Below, piece after piece: positions 1 to 9,589 of a DNA stretch of 64,000 bases. The notes beneath the pieces were generated by a model. That model made no database searches and was not told the DNA's origin. It saw only the letters and a program-made list of their open reading frames with translations. Positions within the stretch are counted from its first letter, which is position 1, and each line of letters begins with the position of its first letter. The stretch is from the NCBI GenBank assembly GCA_964446735.1, contig CAYUQB010000002.1, positions 18,516-82,515 on the forward strand. Reading direction: 5' to 3'. Origin of the DNA: an uncultured Candidatus Saccharibacteria bacterium (lineage in GTDB: Bacteria > Patescibacteriota > Minisyncoccia > Phycocordibacterales > Phycocordibacteraceae). Both the position numbers and the translations under genes were made by a program.

Positions 1-462
1 GGACTCCGTTTTTTCACCGTATACGGGCGATGGGGAAGACCTGACATGGCACTCTTTAAATTCGCGCGGCGCATCGCAGCAGGGAAGCCAATAGAGCTCT
101 ATAACGCGGGACGTATGAAGCGCAGCTTCACGCATGTATCCGATGTCGTGTCAGCGATTGCAACCCTACTTACCACTCGCCCACAGGGTGCGTATCGTCT
201 CTACAATCTTGGCGGGAGCGAAGCGGTCCCGCTCTCGAAGTTTGTACGACTGATAGAAAAAGCACTTGGAAAGAAAGCAAAGATACAGGCACTCCCGCTT
301 CAACCCGGAGACGTCGCAGCAACTATCGCCGATTGCAGTCGTGCAGCTAAAGACCTTGGGTACCGTCCACATGTCTCCATCGAGGAAGGCATAGCGGACT
401 TCATTGACTGGTACCGGAAGGAAGAAGCGTTCCTGGCAACACTCGCAGAGCCAAAGCAGTAG
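1..462 (+). CDS. NAD-dependent nucleotide-sugar epimerase/dehydratase (UDP-glucuronate 4-epimerase-like), C-terminal fragment; 5' end lies upstream of window
   Basis: Frame from nt 1 reads ..FFTVYGRWGRPDMALFKFARRI.., the conserved FTVYGPWGRPDMA motif of WbpP/CapI-type SDR epimerases. Continuous ORF to TAG at 460-462. First gene of a glycan cluster. Confidence 0.7.
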   Translation, partial: GLRFFTVYGRWGRPDMALFKFARRIAAGKPIELYNAGRMKRSFTHVSDVVSAIATLLTTRPQGAYRLYNLGGSEAVPLSKFVRLIEKALGKKAKIQALPLQPGDVAATIADCSRAAKDLGYRPHVSIEEGIADFIDWYRKEEAFLATLAEPKQ

Positions 463-471
463 AATAGAGGG

Positions 472-1539
472 ATGCGACTCCTTATTGTCACCCAGGCAGT
501 TGATCGCACACATCCGGTACTCGGGTTCTTCCACGATTGGCTCGTTGAGTTCGCGGCGCATGTTGACGTGCTTACGGTTATTACGCTCTACGAGGGTGCC
601 CACGATTTACCACCCAATGTTCGTGTCCATTCGCTTGGGAAAGAGCACGGAAGGCGTCCCACCTTTTCCTACACGCTTGAGTTTCTTCGACTCGCGTGGG
701 CGTTGCGTAGTGAATACGACGCGGTATTTGTGCACATGAATCCGGAGTATTTGATAATTGCAGGACCCCTTTGGAAAGCCCTCAGGAAACGTACGGCACT
801 TTGGTATCTGCATAAACATGTGTCCTGGCGACTGCGGCTCGGAGTGGTGTGGGCCGACGCAGTGTTCACTGCAACTGAAGCAAGCATGCGGCTCTCAACT
901 CGGAAGAAACGCATCGTAGGACACGGTATTCGATTGGATGCGCTTCCGTATGTTTCAGCACCTCCATACCCGCCACTGGCACTTCTTACCATCGGACGGC
1001 TTTCACCGGTAAAGCGAGTCCATCTGCTTATCGAAGCGTTCGCGCTGCTGCGTGATGGCGGGGTTGAGGCGTATCTCACTATCGCAGGAAGTGCAGCGGG
1101 ACCCGAGGGTGCCACGTATGAACAAGAACTTCACGGAATGGTCGAGGCGCTCGGCATTGCTGGTCGAGTGGTTTTCCTTGGATCAGTCCCGCATTCCGAA
1201 CTGCCTGCACTCTTTCGTGAATCCCATCTCTTCCTTCACGCGTCAGCAACGGGCTCGCTGGATAAAGCGTCGCTTGAACCGCTTGCGTGCGGCGTGCCCC
1301 TCATCACTACCAGCGAGGAATTGGCAGCGATTGGGCTTGAGGCGATTGTTCTCTCAGAACCAACCCCAGACGGGTTCGCGGGTGCGGTTCGTCGCGTCGT
1401 TGGCGCTCGGCTCTGGGATGATGCAGGGGCGCGGCATGAGGCGCGTGCGTACGTAGCAGAACAGCACGAGCTCTCTCGACTCATCACCCGGATCCTTGCA
1501 GATTCTCGGTTTACCGGGCATCGTAGGCAGCATGGATGA
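472..1539 (+). CDS. glycosyltransferase family 4 (GT-B, retaining)
   Basis: 355 aa. C-terminal half has the GT4 pattern (GSxxxxPEG.., E..LACGVPLITT E-x7-E region). Preceded by AGAGGG RBS. Overlaps next gene by 8 bp. Confidence 0.6.
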   Translation: MRLLIVTQAVDRTHPVLGFFHDWLVEFAAHVDVLTVITLYEGAHDLPPNVRVHSLGKEHGRRPTFSYTLEFLRLAWALRSEYDAVFVHMNPEYLIIAGPLWKALRKRTALWYLHKHVSWRLRLGVVWADAVFTATEASMRLSTRKKRIVGHGIRLDALPYVSAPPYPPLALLTIGRLSPVKRVHLLIEAFALLRDGGVEAYLTIAGSAAGPEGATYEQELHGMVEALGIAGRVVFLGSVPHSELPALFRESHLFLHASATGSLDKASLEPLACGVPLITTSEELAAIGLEAIVLSEPTPDGFAGAVRRVVGARLWDDAGARHEARAYVAEQHELSRLITRILADSRFTGHRRQHG

Positions 1540-2170
1540 GAAGCAAATAATTTCCCGACACCGATACCGGGAAAGCAATTCGTATCGTTCTCTTGATCGT
1601 TGGTGCTCGTATTGGCATCAGATTGATTTGATGCGCAAACTCGCACCTAAGAACGTACTTGAGGTTGGTATTGGTGAAGGGGTGGTCGCAGAGTATCTAA
1701 AGGGAAGTGGGATTGAGCTCACGACCCTTGATATTGATGCGAGTCTGGCGCCCGACATAGTTGGTGATGTCCGAAAGATTCCACTTCCTGACGGATCGGT
1801 CGATGCGGTACTTGCAGCAGAGATCCTCGAACATATGCCGTTTGACGATGCGCGGGAGGCGCTTAAAGAAATGCGTCGCGTCGCCCGCACAGGTGCCGTT
1901 ATTTCCGCTCCCGCACCGGGATGGGTGTTCTCGTTCCGCCTCAAGATCCCGCTTCTGAAGGGAGAGGGAATTACGAAGGTCCCATTTTTTTGGAAGACGT
2001 ACCAATATGATCCCAACGAGGCGGGCGTGCACCATTGGGAGCTTGGCTATCGCGGAATCCCGGAAGCACGCCTCCTACAGGCAATTAAAGAGGCCGGGTT
2101 CACGGTTGCGACTGCACGCACGTACCAAGACGACCCGAGCCACCGGTTCTATGTACTCAAGGTTGCATAA
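1532..2170 (+). CDS. class I SAM-dependent methyltransferase
   Basis: Motif I LEVGIGEGVVAEYL and motif II/III spacing (DAVLAAEILEHMP). In-frame ATG at 1532 overlaps the upstream TGA (ATGGATGA), suggesting translational coupling. Confidence 0.6.
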   Translation: MDEKQIISRHRYRESNSYRSLDRWCSYWHQIDLMRKLAPKNVLEVGIGEGVVAEYLKGSGIELTTLDIDASLAPDIVGDVRKIPLPDGSVDAVLAAEILEHMPFDDAREALKEMRRVARTGAVISAPAPGWVFSFRLKIPLLKGEGITKVPFFWKTYQYDPNEAGVHHWELGYRGIPEARLLQAIKEAGFTVATARTYQDDPSHRFYVLKVA

Positions 2171-2209
2171 CTTGCAGACAAAGCGTCCATCGGGCATCGT
2201 TAGAGAACT

Positions 2210-2947
2210 ATGGCATACGACGGATTGAAGGATCATTTCAATGATGTTGCGGGGGGAGCCCGCTTCTCCTCATATGAGGAGCGTCGTTGGAGTGCTGACG
2301 AGAAGCGCAAGGCACAGGAAGCGGCAACACGAAACTTTGTAACGACGCGCGCACTCCCGCAGATTACAGGCGCTAAGAACATTACCGAGCTGGGTCCTGG
2401 CCCAGGCACCTGGACGAAGTATTTGTACAATACCGCTCCGGAGGCACAGTTCCTGCTCCTTGATATTGCAGGCGAGATGCTCACGCGTGCGAAGGCAGCA
2501 CTCCCAGAAAGCGCGTCCGTCTCAACGAGGGAAGGTGACTTCGCAACCATGCAATTGGCTCCGAGTGCCGCTGATGCGTTCTTCTCAAGTCGTGCCATTG
2601 AATACGTCGCTCCTAAAGAAACTGCTGTGCAGAGTATCTACGACCACCTTGCACCAGGAGGGGTCGGTATCATCATCACCAAGATGCCTAAGCGTCTTGC
2701 TAATCAACTTTCTGGGCGCACGCCAACTGCAATTCATCAGGGCCAAATCTCGCCCGCGGCATTCAGAAAGATGCTTCAGTCAGTCGGGTTTAAGAATATT
2801 GTCCTGTATCCGGTAACGTTCTCGTTTCCGTTCCTGCGCTCAGCAGCAGCAGACCGACTACTCTCGAGTCTTTTCTCGAGTATGCCACTTAATCCAATCT
2901 CTGCACTCTTTGCGGAATCGTACGGCGTTGTATTTCATAAGCCATGA
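2210..2947 (+). CDS. class I SAM-dependent methyltransferase
   Basis: 245 aa. Gly-rich SAM motif ITELGPGPGTW and acidic loop LLDIAGEM. Stop overlaps next start (ATGA). Confidence 0.6.
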   Translation: MAYDGLKDHFNDVAGGARFSSYEERRWSADEKRKAQEAATRNFVTTRALPQITGAKNITELGPGPGTWTKYLYNTAPEAQFLLLDIAGEMLTRAKAALPESASVSTREGDFATMQLAPSAADAFFSSRAIEYVAPKETAVQSIYDHLAPGGVGIIITKMPKRLANQLSGRTPTAIHQGQISPAAFRKMLQSVGFKNIVLYPVTFSFPFLRSAAADRLLSSLFSSMPLNPISALFAESYGVVFHKP

Positions 2948-3555
2948 TCATCGAGCTCTTCGGTCTTCCGGGGGCAGGGAAAACGACGATCGCTAACGCA
3001 CTTGAGAAACAGGGCGCGATCATAGTGCGTGCACCGTCTGGGTGGCGCCTTCTCTGGGAGGCTTTTCTATTTGAATGCGCCCATCCTATACGTGCACTTC
3101 GTATAGCAATCGCAGTAGTCACCACTGCAGCCCGGGGCACCCATTACACCCTGTATGTGAACGGCTATCTCCAGTCAGCAGCGAAGTGGATACGTGCCAC
3201 GCGACTCTCTCAAGTGGGCAAGATCGCGGTCATCGATCAAGGGCACGCACAGCTGGTGGCTTCACTTGGCGGAGTGACACCAGCGACACTCGCAGCGTTT
3301 CCACGACCCAACCTACTCGCGCTCGTCGAAGCACCTCGTGAAGTACGAACAGAACGTATGCAGGCCCGTGGGCGTACGCCTCGAGAAGAGTTCGGAGAAA
3401 GCGTTGCACAGTCATGGGATGATCGTGCTGCTCGTGCAATCGAGGAAGCACTACCAGAATTCATTTCCCACTATCCCAAGGTGGTTCGAATCGTCGGCGA
3501 AGCCTCACCCGACGAGTCTGCTCGCGTTCTTCTCATTGGGCAGGCTTCTCAATAA
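2944..3555 (+). CDS. P-loop NTPase (Walker A GLPGAGKTT) of unknown specificity; kinase- or sulfotransferase-like
   Basis: N-terminus MIIELFGLPGAGKTTIANALEK is a canonical Walker A. No further family motifs recognised. Embedded in the glycan/sulfation cluster. Confidence 0.45.
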   Translation: MIIELFGLPGAGKTTIANALEKQGAIIVRAPSGWRLLWEAFLFECAHPIRALRIAIAVVTTAARGTHYTLYVNGYLQSAAKWIRATRLSQVGKIAVIDQGHAQLVASLGGVTPATLAAFPRPNLLALVEAPREVRTERMQARGRTPREEFGESVAQSWDDRAARAIEEALPEFISHYPKVVRIVGEASPDESARVLLIGQASQ

Positions 3556-4141
3556 CCGTGAGCACCCACGAGCGGGTACCATTACGAAAGACTTCTTCAT
3601 GGCCAACAAGTAATCCATAGGAAGTAAAAAGTGCTCCGTACTCGTGGGCCTCTTTTTCCGTTCGGCCGCGCGTTATTGCGGTTGAAATAAAGAGTCGACC
3701 AGAAGGCTCGAGCATGTCAGCAATACGAGAGATAAACGTACGAAAGGAATTGGGAAACCGTAAATCACCGAGATAGTAGAGCACGTCACCGAGCAGAATG
3801 AGATCGAAGCGCTGATTGAAATTGAATGTGCGAATGTTCGCCACTTCGTACGTGACATTCGAAAGATGCGAGAGTCGTTTGCGTGCTCGGGATACCGCTC
3901 GTGGTGAGAGATCGGTTGCGTGAATCGTGTCACACACGGGAGCGAGGGCTTCGGCATAGTGGCCGAGGCCGGTGCCGGCATCAAGGCACCTGCCATAGCG
4001 TCGGTCGGACAAGAGTTCTCGAGCACGTTCCACTTCTGGATTGGTATCGACTCGCCCCCACACCTGATCGTGGAGGTAGTGGTGCTCCATATTTCGCTTC
4101 TTGTGGAAGTCGAACCAGGACACAAGCAGGCGTTCAAACAT
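3533..4141 (-). CDS. class I SAM-dependent methyltransferase
   Basis: Minus-strand ORF with LDAGTGLGHYAEALA (motif I) and DLILLGDVLYY (motif II). Start chosen at Met 95 of the long ORF (nt 4141) because the longer N-terminus would overlap the divergent deacetylase gene. Confidence 0.55.
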   Translation of the reverse strand: MFERLLVSWFDFHKKRNMEHHYLHDQVWGRVDTNPEVERARELLSDRRYGRCLDAGTGLGHYAEALAPVCDTIHATDLSPRAVSRARKRLSHLSNVTYEVANIRTFNFNQRFDLILLGDVLYYLGDLRFPNSFRTFISRIADMLEPSGRLFISTAITRGRTEKEAHEYGALFTSYGLLVGHEEVFRNGTRSWVLTVIEKPAQ

Positions 4142-4195
4142 ACCGCAAGGATAGCAGGGCAGGGGTGTCGCGGAAATGATATAGTCCCTGTATCC

Positions 4196-5011
4196 ATGGG
4201 CCTGTCTGATATTCGAGCATGGCTGAAGAAGCTGGCGTATCTTCTTTCCGCGCTTCTGACGGGATTTGCACCTCCAAAAGACGGAGAGGTGGCGGTACTC
4301 ATGTATCACGCCATAGATGACTCGGGATGGCGACTTTCTGTCACCCCCAAACAGTTCGAACGTCAGATGGCGCGTCTGCGACGTCATCACGTCGTCGTCC
4401 CGCTTGCAGATATCGTTGCTCATGCAAAAGGTGAGAAGCGACTCCCTGCACGGGCGGTGGCAGTGACGTTTGACGACGGGTACGCAGATCTCATTCCGGT
4501 TGTGCTTCCCGTACTGAAAAAGTATCGGGTCCCGATGACGCTTTTTCTGAATACCGATGTATCGGTACAGACTAATTCGCTCGGTACTCCGCGCGTAACA
4601 TGGGACGACATCCGGGTTCTTGTTGAGAGCGGGTTTGTGTCAATCGAATCGCACGGAAAAACCCATGCACACCTCCCCGCACTTGAACCGTCGGTTGCAC
4701 GCGCTGAATTGGTTGATGCAGTCGATGACATCCGTGTGCATCTAGGGACCACGCCGAGCTTCTTTGCGTATCCCTTTGGGGACCGTTCCCTGGAAGTTGA
4801 GGCAATGGTCGAAGAGGTTGGCTATACGGCAGCTTTCGGCATTTCGGAAGGATTCATCGCGGAACAGGCACCGCTCTATCGCCTGCCACGTATCCAGGTC
4901 GATGCAACCATGACCCCACTCCTTTTCGCTCTCCGGCTTACACCGGCCCTCGCTATGCACCGGCGCATCGTTGGTGCCTTCCGCCGGGTTCTAGAAAAAC
5001 ATACGAAATAG
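4196..5011 (+). CDS. polysaccharide deacetylase (CE4/NodB homology domain)
   Basis: VAVTFDDGYADLIPVVLPVLKKYRVPMTLFLNT (the TFDDG Asp-Asp motif) and ESHGKTHAHL (His motif). Start at ATG 4196, divergent from the minus-strand methyltransferase. Confidence 0.7.
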   Translation: MGLSDIRAWLKKLAYLLSALLTGFAPPKDGEVAVLMYHAIDDSGWRLSVTPKQFERQMARLRRHHVVVPLADIVAHAKGEKRLPARAVAVTFDDGYADLIPVVLPVLKKYRVPMTLFLNTDVSVQTNSLGTPRVTWDDIRVLVESGFVSIESHGKTHAHLPALEPSVARAELVDAVDDIRVHLGTTPSFFAYPFGDRSLEVEAMVEEVGYTAAFGISEGFIAEQAPLYRLPRIQVDATMTPLLFALRLTPALAMHRRIVGAFRRVLEKHTK

Positions 5012-5024
5012 TAGGATTCCTAGC

Positions 5025-6689
5025 ATGCAGAGCTCAACCACCACCCAAGAAGCGCTCACAGCGCTTCCACGCATGACGCTCACCCCGCGTCAGTTATTTG
5101 ACCTTGAACAGCTCCTGGTCGGAGGATTCGCTCCGCTCACCGGCTTCCTGGGTAAGGAAGACTACGAGAGTGTTGTTGAGACCATGCATCTTGCGTCTGG
5201 GGAGCTGTGGCCGATGCCTATTGTGCTCGATGTGAGTACAGGGCATGGCCGTTCCATCGGGGATCGTGTCATCCTGTGCGACCCGTACGGAAACCCGATC
5301 GCATTCATGACGATCGAAAGTATCTACGAACCTGATAAGCAGAAAGAAGTGCTCAAGGTGTATGGAACGGATAACCCTGAGCATCCGGGGGTGCGGTATG
5401 TGCTGCAGGAAGCAGGCAATATATATCTCGGGGGGCCGGCTGAACTCATCAACCGCTCGCCCATGCATGATTTCAAAGAACTGCGTCGCACTCCGGAGGA
5501 GCTCAAACAATTCATTGCAGAACGGGGATGGGATAAGGTGGTTGCGTTCCAAACTCGTAATCCGATCCATCGTGCGCACTTCGAACTTATCTCACGCGCT
5601 GCCAGCGCACTCGGTGCAGCCGTACTCCTTCATCCGGTGGTAGGTCTCACCAAAGAAGGTGATATCGATTACATCTCTCGCGTGCGGGGATACAAACGAC
5701 TTCATGCCGCTCGTCTCTCGGATAACGGTGTACTCTCGCTGCTTCCGCTTGCGATGCGCATGGCAGGTCCGCGAGAAGCGGTATGGCACGCGCTCGTGCG
5801 CAAGAACTACGGCGCCACCCATTTCATTGTTGGACGCGATCATGCGGGTCCTGGCTCCGATTCATCTGGGAAAGCGTTTTATTCAGCGTATGAAGCCCAG
5901 GAACTTGCTAAATCCCTCGAAAATGAAATCGGTATTGGCATCGTACCCATCCATGAAATGAGTTATGTCGAGAGCGAGGGACGATATCTCTCACCCGAGG
6001 AGCTCACGCCTGAGCACGAAGTAAAGAGCATTTCGGGCACCGAGTTTCGTCGCATGCTTCGCAGTGAAGAACCGATACCGGAGTGGTTTGCATTTCCCGA
6101 AGTCATTGAGGAGCTCCGTGCCGCCATGCGTAAAGAAAAGCGTCGGGGTGCCGTCGTGTTCTTCACGGGACTTTCGGGAGCCGGGAAATCGACGATTGCA
6201 CACATTGTGTACAACCGACTCCTTGAGGAACAGGATCGTCCGGTGACGTACTTGGATGGGGATATTATTCGTCAGCATCTCTCGAAGGGTCTTGGATTTT
6301 CAAAAGACGATCGCATGACCAATATCGAGCGCATCGGATTTGTTGCGAGTGAGATCGCTAAGCATGGAGGCATTGCGGTGTGTGCGGCTATTGCACCCTA
6401 TCGCGAAAGTCGAGAGCGCAATCGACGACTCATTTCACAAGCGGGTACCTATATCGAAGTGTTCGTCGATACACCTATCGAGATCTGTGAAGAACGTGAT
6501 CCGAAGGGGTTGTATAAGAAAGCGAAGACGGGATCACTCGCTGGGTTTACCGGTGTCGATGATCCGTATGAACCACCTACGGATGCAGAGCTCGTTCTCG
6601 ATACCACTACCGAAAGCGCAGAAGAGGCAGCGATGCGGGTGCTGGCGTACCTCAAGGAGCGCGGGTTCTACGAGCACTATACGGACTAA
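5025..6689 (+). CDS. sat/cysC: bifunctional sulfate adenylyltransferase / adenylylsulfate kinase (PAPS synthase)
   Basis: N-terminal ATP-sulfurylase motifs QTRNPIHRAHFEL and GRDHAGPG. C-terminal APS-kinase motifs GLSGAGKSTIA and LDGDIIRQ. 554 aa. Confidence 0.9.
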   Translation: MQSSTTTQEALTALPRMTLTPRQLFDLEQLLVGGFAPLTGFLGKEDYESVVETMHLASGELWPMPIVLDVSTGHGRSIGDRVILCDPYGNPIAFMTIESIYEPDKQKEVLKVYGTDNPEHPGVRYVLQEAGNIYLGGPAELINRSPMHDFKELRRTPEELKQFIAERGWDKVVAFQTRNPIHRAHFELISRAASALGAAVLLHPVVGLTKEGDIDYISRVRGYKRLHAARLSDNGVLSLLPLAMRMAGPREAVWHALVRKNYGATHFIVGRDHAGPGSDSSGKAFYSAYEAQELAKSLENEIGIGIVPIHEMSYVESEGRYLSPEELTPEHEVKSISGTEFRRMLRSEEPIPEWFAFPEVIEELRAAMRKEKRRGAVVFFTGLSGAGKSTIAHIVYNRLLEEQDRPVTYLDGDIIRQHLSKGLGFSKDDRMTNIERIGFVASEIAKHGGIAVCAAIAPYRESRERNRRLISQAGTYIEVFVDTPIEICEERDPKGLYKKAKTGSLAGFTGVDDPYEPPTDAELVLDTTTESAEEAAMRVLAYLKERGFYEHYTD

Positions 6690-7519
6690 TGGGGAAGATC
6701 AAGGCGAGCGTCGGCATTCTTACCTACAACAGCGAGAAGAATCTCGCACGCGCCTTAGCGAGCGTAGCTGATTTTGAAGACATCATCATTGCTGATGGCG
6801 GCTCTACGGATAGGACCGTTTCAATCGCGGAGCAGTTCGGTGCCCGAGTTATGTCGCAATCCAATCCCGGTCACCCCATTATTGACTTTGCGAAGGAGCG
6901 CAATCGGTTGCTCGATGCGGCACGCGAGTCCTGGTTCATCTATCTCGATTCAGACGAGATCATGAGTCCTGCACTTGCTGAAGCGGTGAGGAAGATCAGC
7001 GATGACGCGCACCATTCCTACGGGGCATACCGGGTACGTTACCAGAAGACAAATGCAGATGGGACCCATCCGTATCGCACCTACCGTGAGTATTACCAGG
7101 TTCGCCTTACCCGTACCGACACCGGTGCATGCTTCGCGCGTGCCATCCATGAAGTATTGCTTGTCCCAAAAGGAATCGCTGTCGGACAGCTTGAAGCTCC
7201 GTGGTACGTGCCGCTTGAGCCAGAAGATCTTATGTTCGGACCTTTTGCCCGTAAGGCGTGGAAACGTACTGCTGGGACACTTTCTGCGTGGGAACCGAAG
7301 GGAGTAGGGAACGTGCTCACGAAGGTGGTGATCGGACCTACGACCCTCATTGGAAAGTCGCTCTGGAAGGCGTTCATGGTGAAGATCCGATACGGTAAAG
7401 ACGCCATCCCGCTTTCATATGAGCTTCTGCGCGTCGTGTACGCCCTCATGCTGTCGATCCAGGCGATTCGGCGGGTGCTGGCCGTTGGGATATGGTCCCG
7501 CCGTACGAAGGGTGGATAA
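6689..7519 (+). CDS. glycosyltransferase family 2
   Basis: N-terminal ASVGILTYNSEKNLARAL...IIIADGGSTDRT and DSDE (DxD) motif typical of GT2. Start overlaps sat/cysC stop. Confidence 0.7.
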   Translation: MGKIKASVGILTYNSEKNLARALASVADFEDIIIADGGSTDRTVSIAEQFGARVMSQSNPGHPIIDFAKERNRLLDAARESWFIYLDSDEIMSPALAEAVRKISDDAHHSYGAYRVRYQKTNADGTHPYRTYREYYQVRLTRTDTGACFARAIHEVLLVPKGIAVGQLEAPWYVPLEPEDLMFGPFARKAWKRTAGTLSAWEPKGVGNVLTKVVIGPTTLIGKSLWKAFMVKIRYGKDAIPLSYELLRVVYALMLSIQAIRRVLAVGIWSRRTKGG

Positions 7520-7528
7520 TAGCCAGGT

Positions 7529-8431
7529 ATGAATAAGATCCCTGTCATCTTCATTGTGAGTGCTGGCCACAGCGGGTCGACCTTACTCGACCTGCTGCTC
7601 TCAGCACATCCGGAGGTCGTGGGTCTTGGTGAAGCTGAGAAGATTGGAGCAAAGGTGGTACCGAAGATTCCGGAGCATCACTGTTCTTGCGGCAAAGCGT
7701 ACGATGAGTGTCCGTTCTGGGGAGACTTTGTGAAGACTCCGGAACATGTGGAATTTTTTAGTCACCGAGTCCGTCACATTCATCAGCGTAAGCTCGACTT
7801 CCTCCTGGGGAAGAAACGCTACACCTTCATAAAGCATGTCCCAGGTCCGGTGTCTCCCGAAGCCTATGTACGTAATACCGAAGCACTCTACCGCTATGCG
7901 ATCGAGCGGAGTGGAGCGAAAGTAGTCGTTGATTCCTCCAAGCGCCCGTATCGTCCTCAGGCCCTCAAAGACTACGGAGCGCTCGTTGAGCCGTACATCA
8001 TTCACCTGGTGCGTGATGGACGTGGGGTACTCTGGTCATTCCTTAAGAAGTATCGGAAACAATACCCCGGTGAGGAAGCATTCTGGACGCGGCATGCGAT
8101 TGATGAGTGGTTCGGAAGCAATCTGAAAGCAGAATTGCTCCGCATGCGTCTGGGCGCTCGTTCTAGGCGTATTCGATACGAAGATCTTGTTGCCAATCCA
8201 GAAAAGGTACTCGCCCCTGTCTTTCGCGATCTTGGCCTTGATCCAGCACTCTGGAATCCGAACTTCCGTGAAGCACCTCGTCACTACCTTGCTGGCAATC
8301 TCCCAACGATCGGATCAAGCGAAGGCATTCGTTCAGACGAAGCATGGAAAGAAAAGCTTCCGGAAGATGCTCGGCGGTTATTTACTCGGCGTGCTGGTTG
8401 GTTGAACTGGCTCTATCGGCATCTGCCGTAA
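7529..8431 (+). CDS. PAPS-dependent sulfotransferase
   Basis: 5'-PSB-like motif IFIVSAGHSGSTLL at the N-terminus and 3'-PB-like IHLVRDGRGVLWS. Immediately follows the PAPS synthase. Confidence 0.7.
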   Translation: MNKIPVIFIVSAGHSGSTLLDLLLSAHPEVVGLGEAEKIGAKVVPKIPEHHCSCGKAYDECPFWGDFVKTPEHVEFFSHRVRHIHQRKLDFLLGKKRYTFIKHVPGPVSPEAYVRNTEALYRYAIERSGAKVVVDSSKRPYRPQALKDYGALVEPYIIHLVRDGRGVLWSFLKKYRKQYPGEEAFWTRHAIDEWFGSNLKAELLRMRLGARSRRIRYEDLVANPEKVLAPVFRDLGLDPALWNPNFREAPRHYLAGNLPTIGSSEGIRSDEAWKEKLPEDARRLFTRRAGWLNWLYRHLP

Positions 8432-8435
8432 TGTT

Positions 8436-9572
8436 ATGCAGGGACTAATTCATCTTGCGTATCACGGACGGTTTCCTTCAGAAAAGGCAGCTGCACTGTT
8501 TGCCGCCCGTAGCGTCTACGCCTTCCAGGAAATTGGCATCTCGACCATCCTGATCGCCCCCCGACGATTCGGTAGGGCAGCGCAATCGGCAGAAGCGTAC
8601 TATGCACTCTCTGCTCCCATCACCGTGCGCTATCTGCCAACCATCGATCTTCTGTGGCTCCCTGGTTTTCGGTTCGTTGCCTTTCGCATCAGCTACGTCG
8701 TTTTCAGTTTGTTTGTGCTCCTCTATGCCTGGCGAAATATGCAGCAGGGAGACGTGTTCTACACCAACGAGGCACTACCTGCACTAGCCGCCGCGCTCGT
8801 AGGGAAACGAGTGGTGTACGAACTCCATGATTTCCCGGAGCGTTCGCTTTCTCTCTATCGCGCGGTCTTTGCTCGGGCCGAACGGATCATCGCTACCAAT
8901 AGCTGGAAGCGAGACGAGCTTGTGCGTGCATTTGGAGTGCAACCAGAGAAAATCATTGTGGAATTAAATGCGGTTGATCTTGCGCAGTTCGACATTACCG
9001 AGAGTAGGGAGGACGCACGTCGGACACTTAATCTTCCCGAGAACGCGAAGATCATACTGTACACGGGACATCTCTATGGGTGGAAAGGAGTCGATACACT
9101 TGCCGAAACAGCGCGTCGCCTTCCCGAAGAACGCTTTTACTTCGTGGGAGGCACTGCACACGATGTTGCTTCATTCACGAAGAAATATAAAGACATAGAG
9201 AACATTGTTGTGATCGGTCACCGCCCACACAAAGAAATACCGCTCTGGCAGCGGGCGGCGGATGTATTGGTACTCCCTAATTCTGGAGCAGAAGCAATCT
9301 CTCGTCACTACACTTCACCCATGAAGTTGTTTGAGTACATGGCCTCGAGTACTCCGATCGTTGCATCTGATCTACCCTCGATTCGGGAGATTCTCCCGGA
9401 GGCGGCAGGTTTCTATGCTTCCCCTGATGACCCAGAATCGTTCGCTGAGGCCATACGATCTGCAGTTACGGATTCGGAGCAGGCTCGCGCTCGTGCGAAG
9501 GCAGCCAGAACGAGCGTCGCTGCCCACGATTGGCTTGCCCGGGCACAGCGTATTGTCGGGGCGCTCGTGTGA
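8436..9572 (+). CDS. glycosyltransferase family 4
   Basis: 378 aa. C-terminal domain has GT4 signature (ILYTGHLYGWKGVD ... KLFEYMASSTPIVASDLPSIREIL). Confidence 0.65.
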   Translation: MQGLIHLAYHGRFPSEKAAALFAARSVYAFQEIGISTILIAPRRFGRAAQSAEAYYALSAPITVRYLPTIDLLWLPGFRFVAFRISYVVFSLFVLLYAWRNMQQGDVFYTNEALPALAAALVGKRVVYELHDFPERSLSLYRAVFARAERIIATNSWKRDELVRAFGVQPEKIIVELNAVDLAQFDITESREDARRTLNLPENAKIILYTGHLYGWKGVDTLAETARRLPEERFYFVGGTAHDVASFTKKYKDIENIVVIGHRPHKEIPLWQRAADVLVLPNSGAEAISRHYTSPMKLFEYMASSTPIVASDLPSIREILPEAAGFYASPDDPESFAEAIRSAVTDSEQARARAKAARTSVAAHDWLARAQRIVGALV

Positions 9573-9589
9573 TACCATACCAATCACTT

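Noticed and set aside
166-1115. Minus-strand ORFs (166..603, 300..509, 669..1115) overlapping the epimerase and GT4 genes
   Set aside because: They lie antisense to strongly motif-supported + strand genes in a GC-rich genome, where long spurious antisense ORFs are expected. No motifs recognised.
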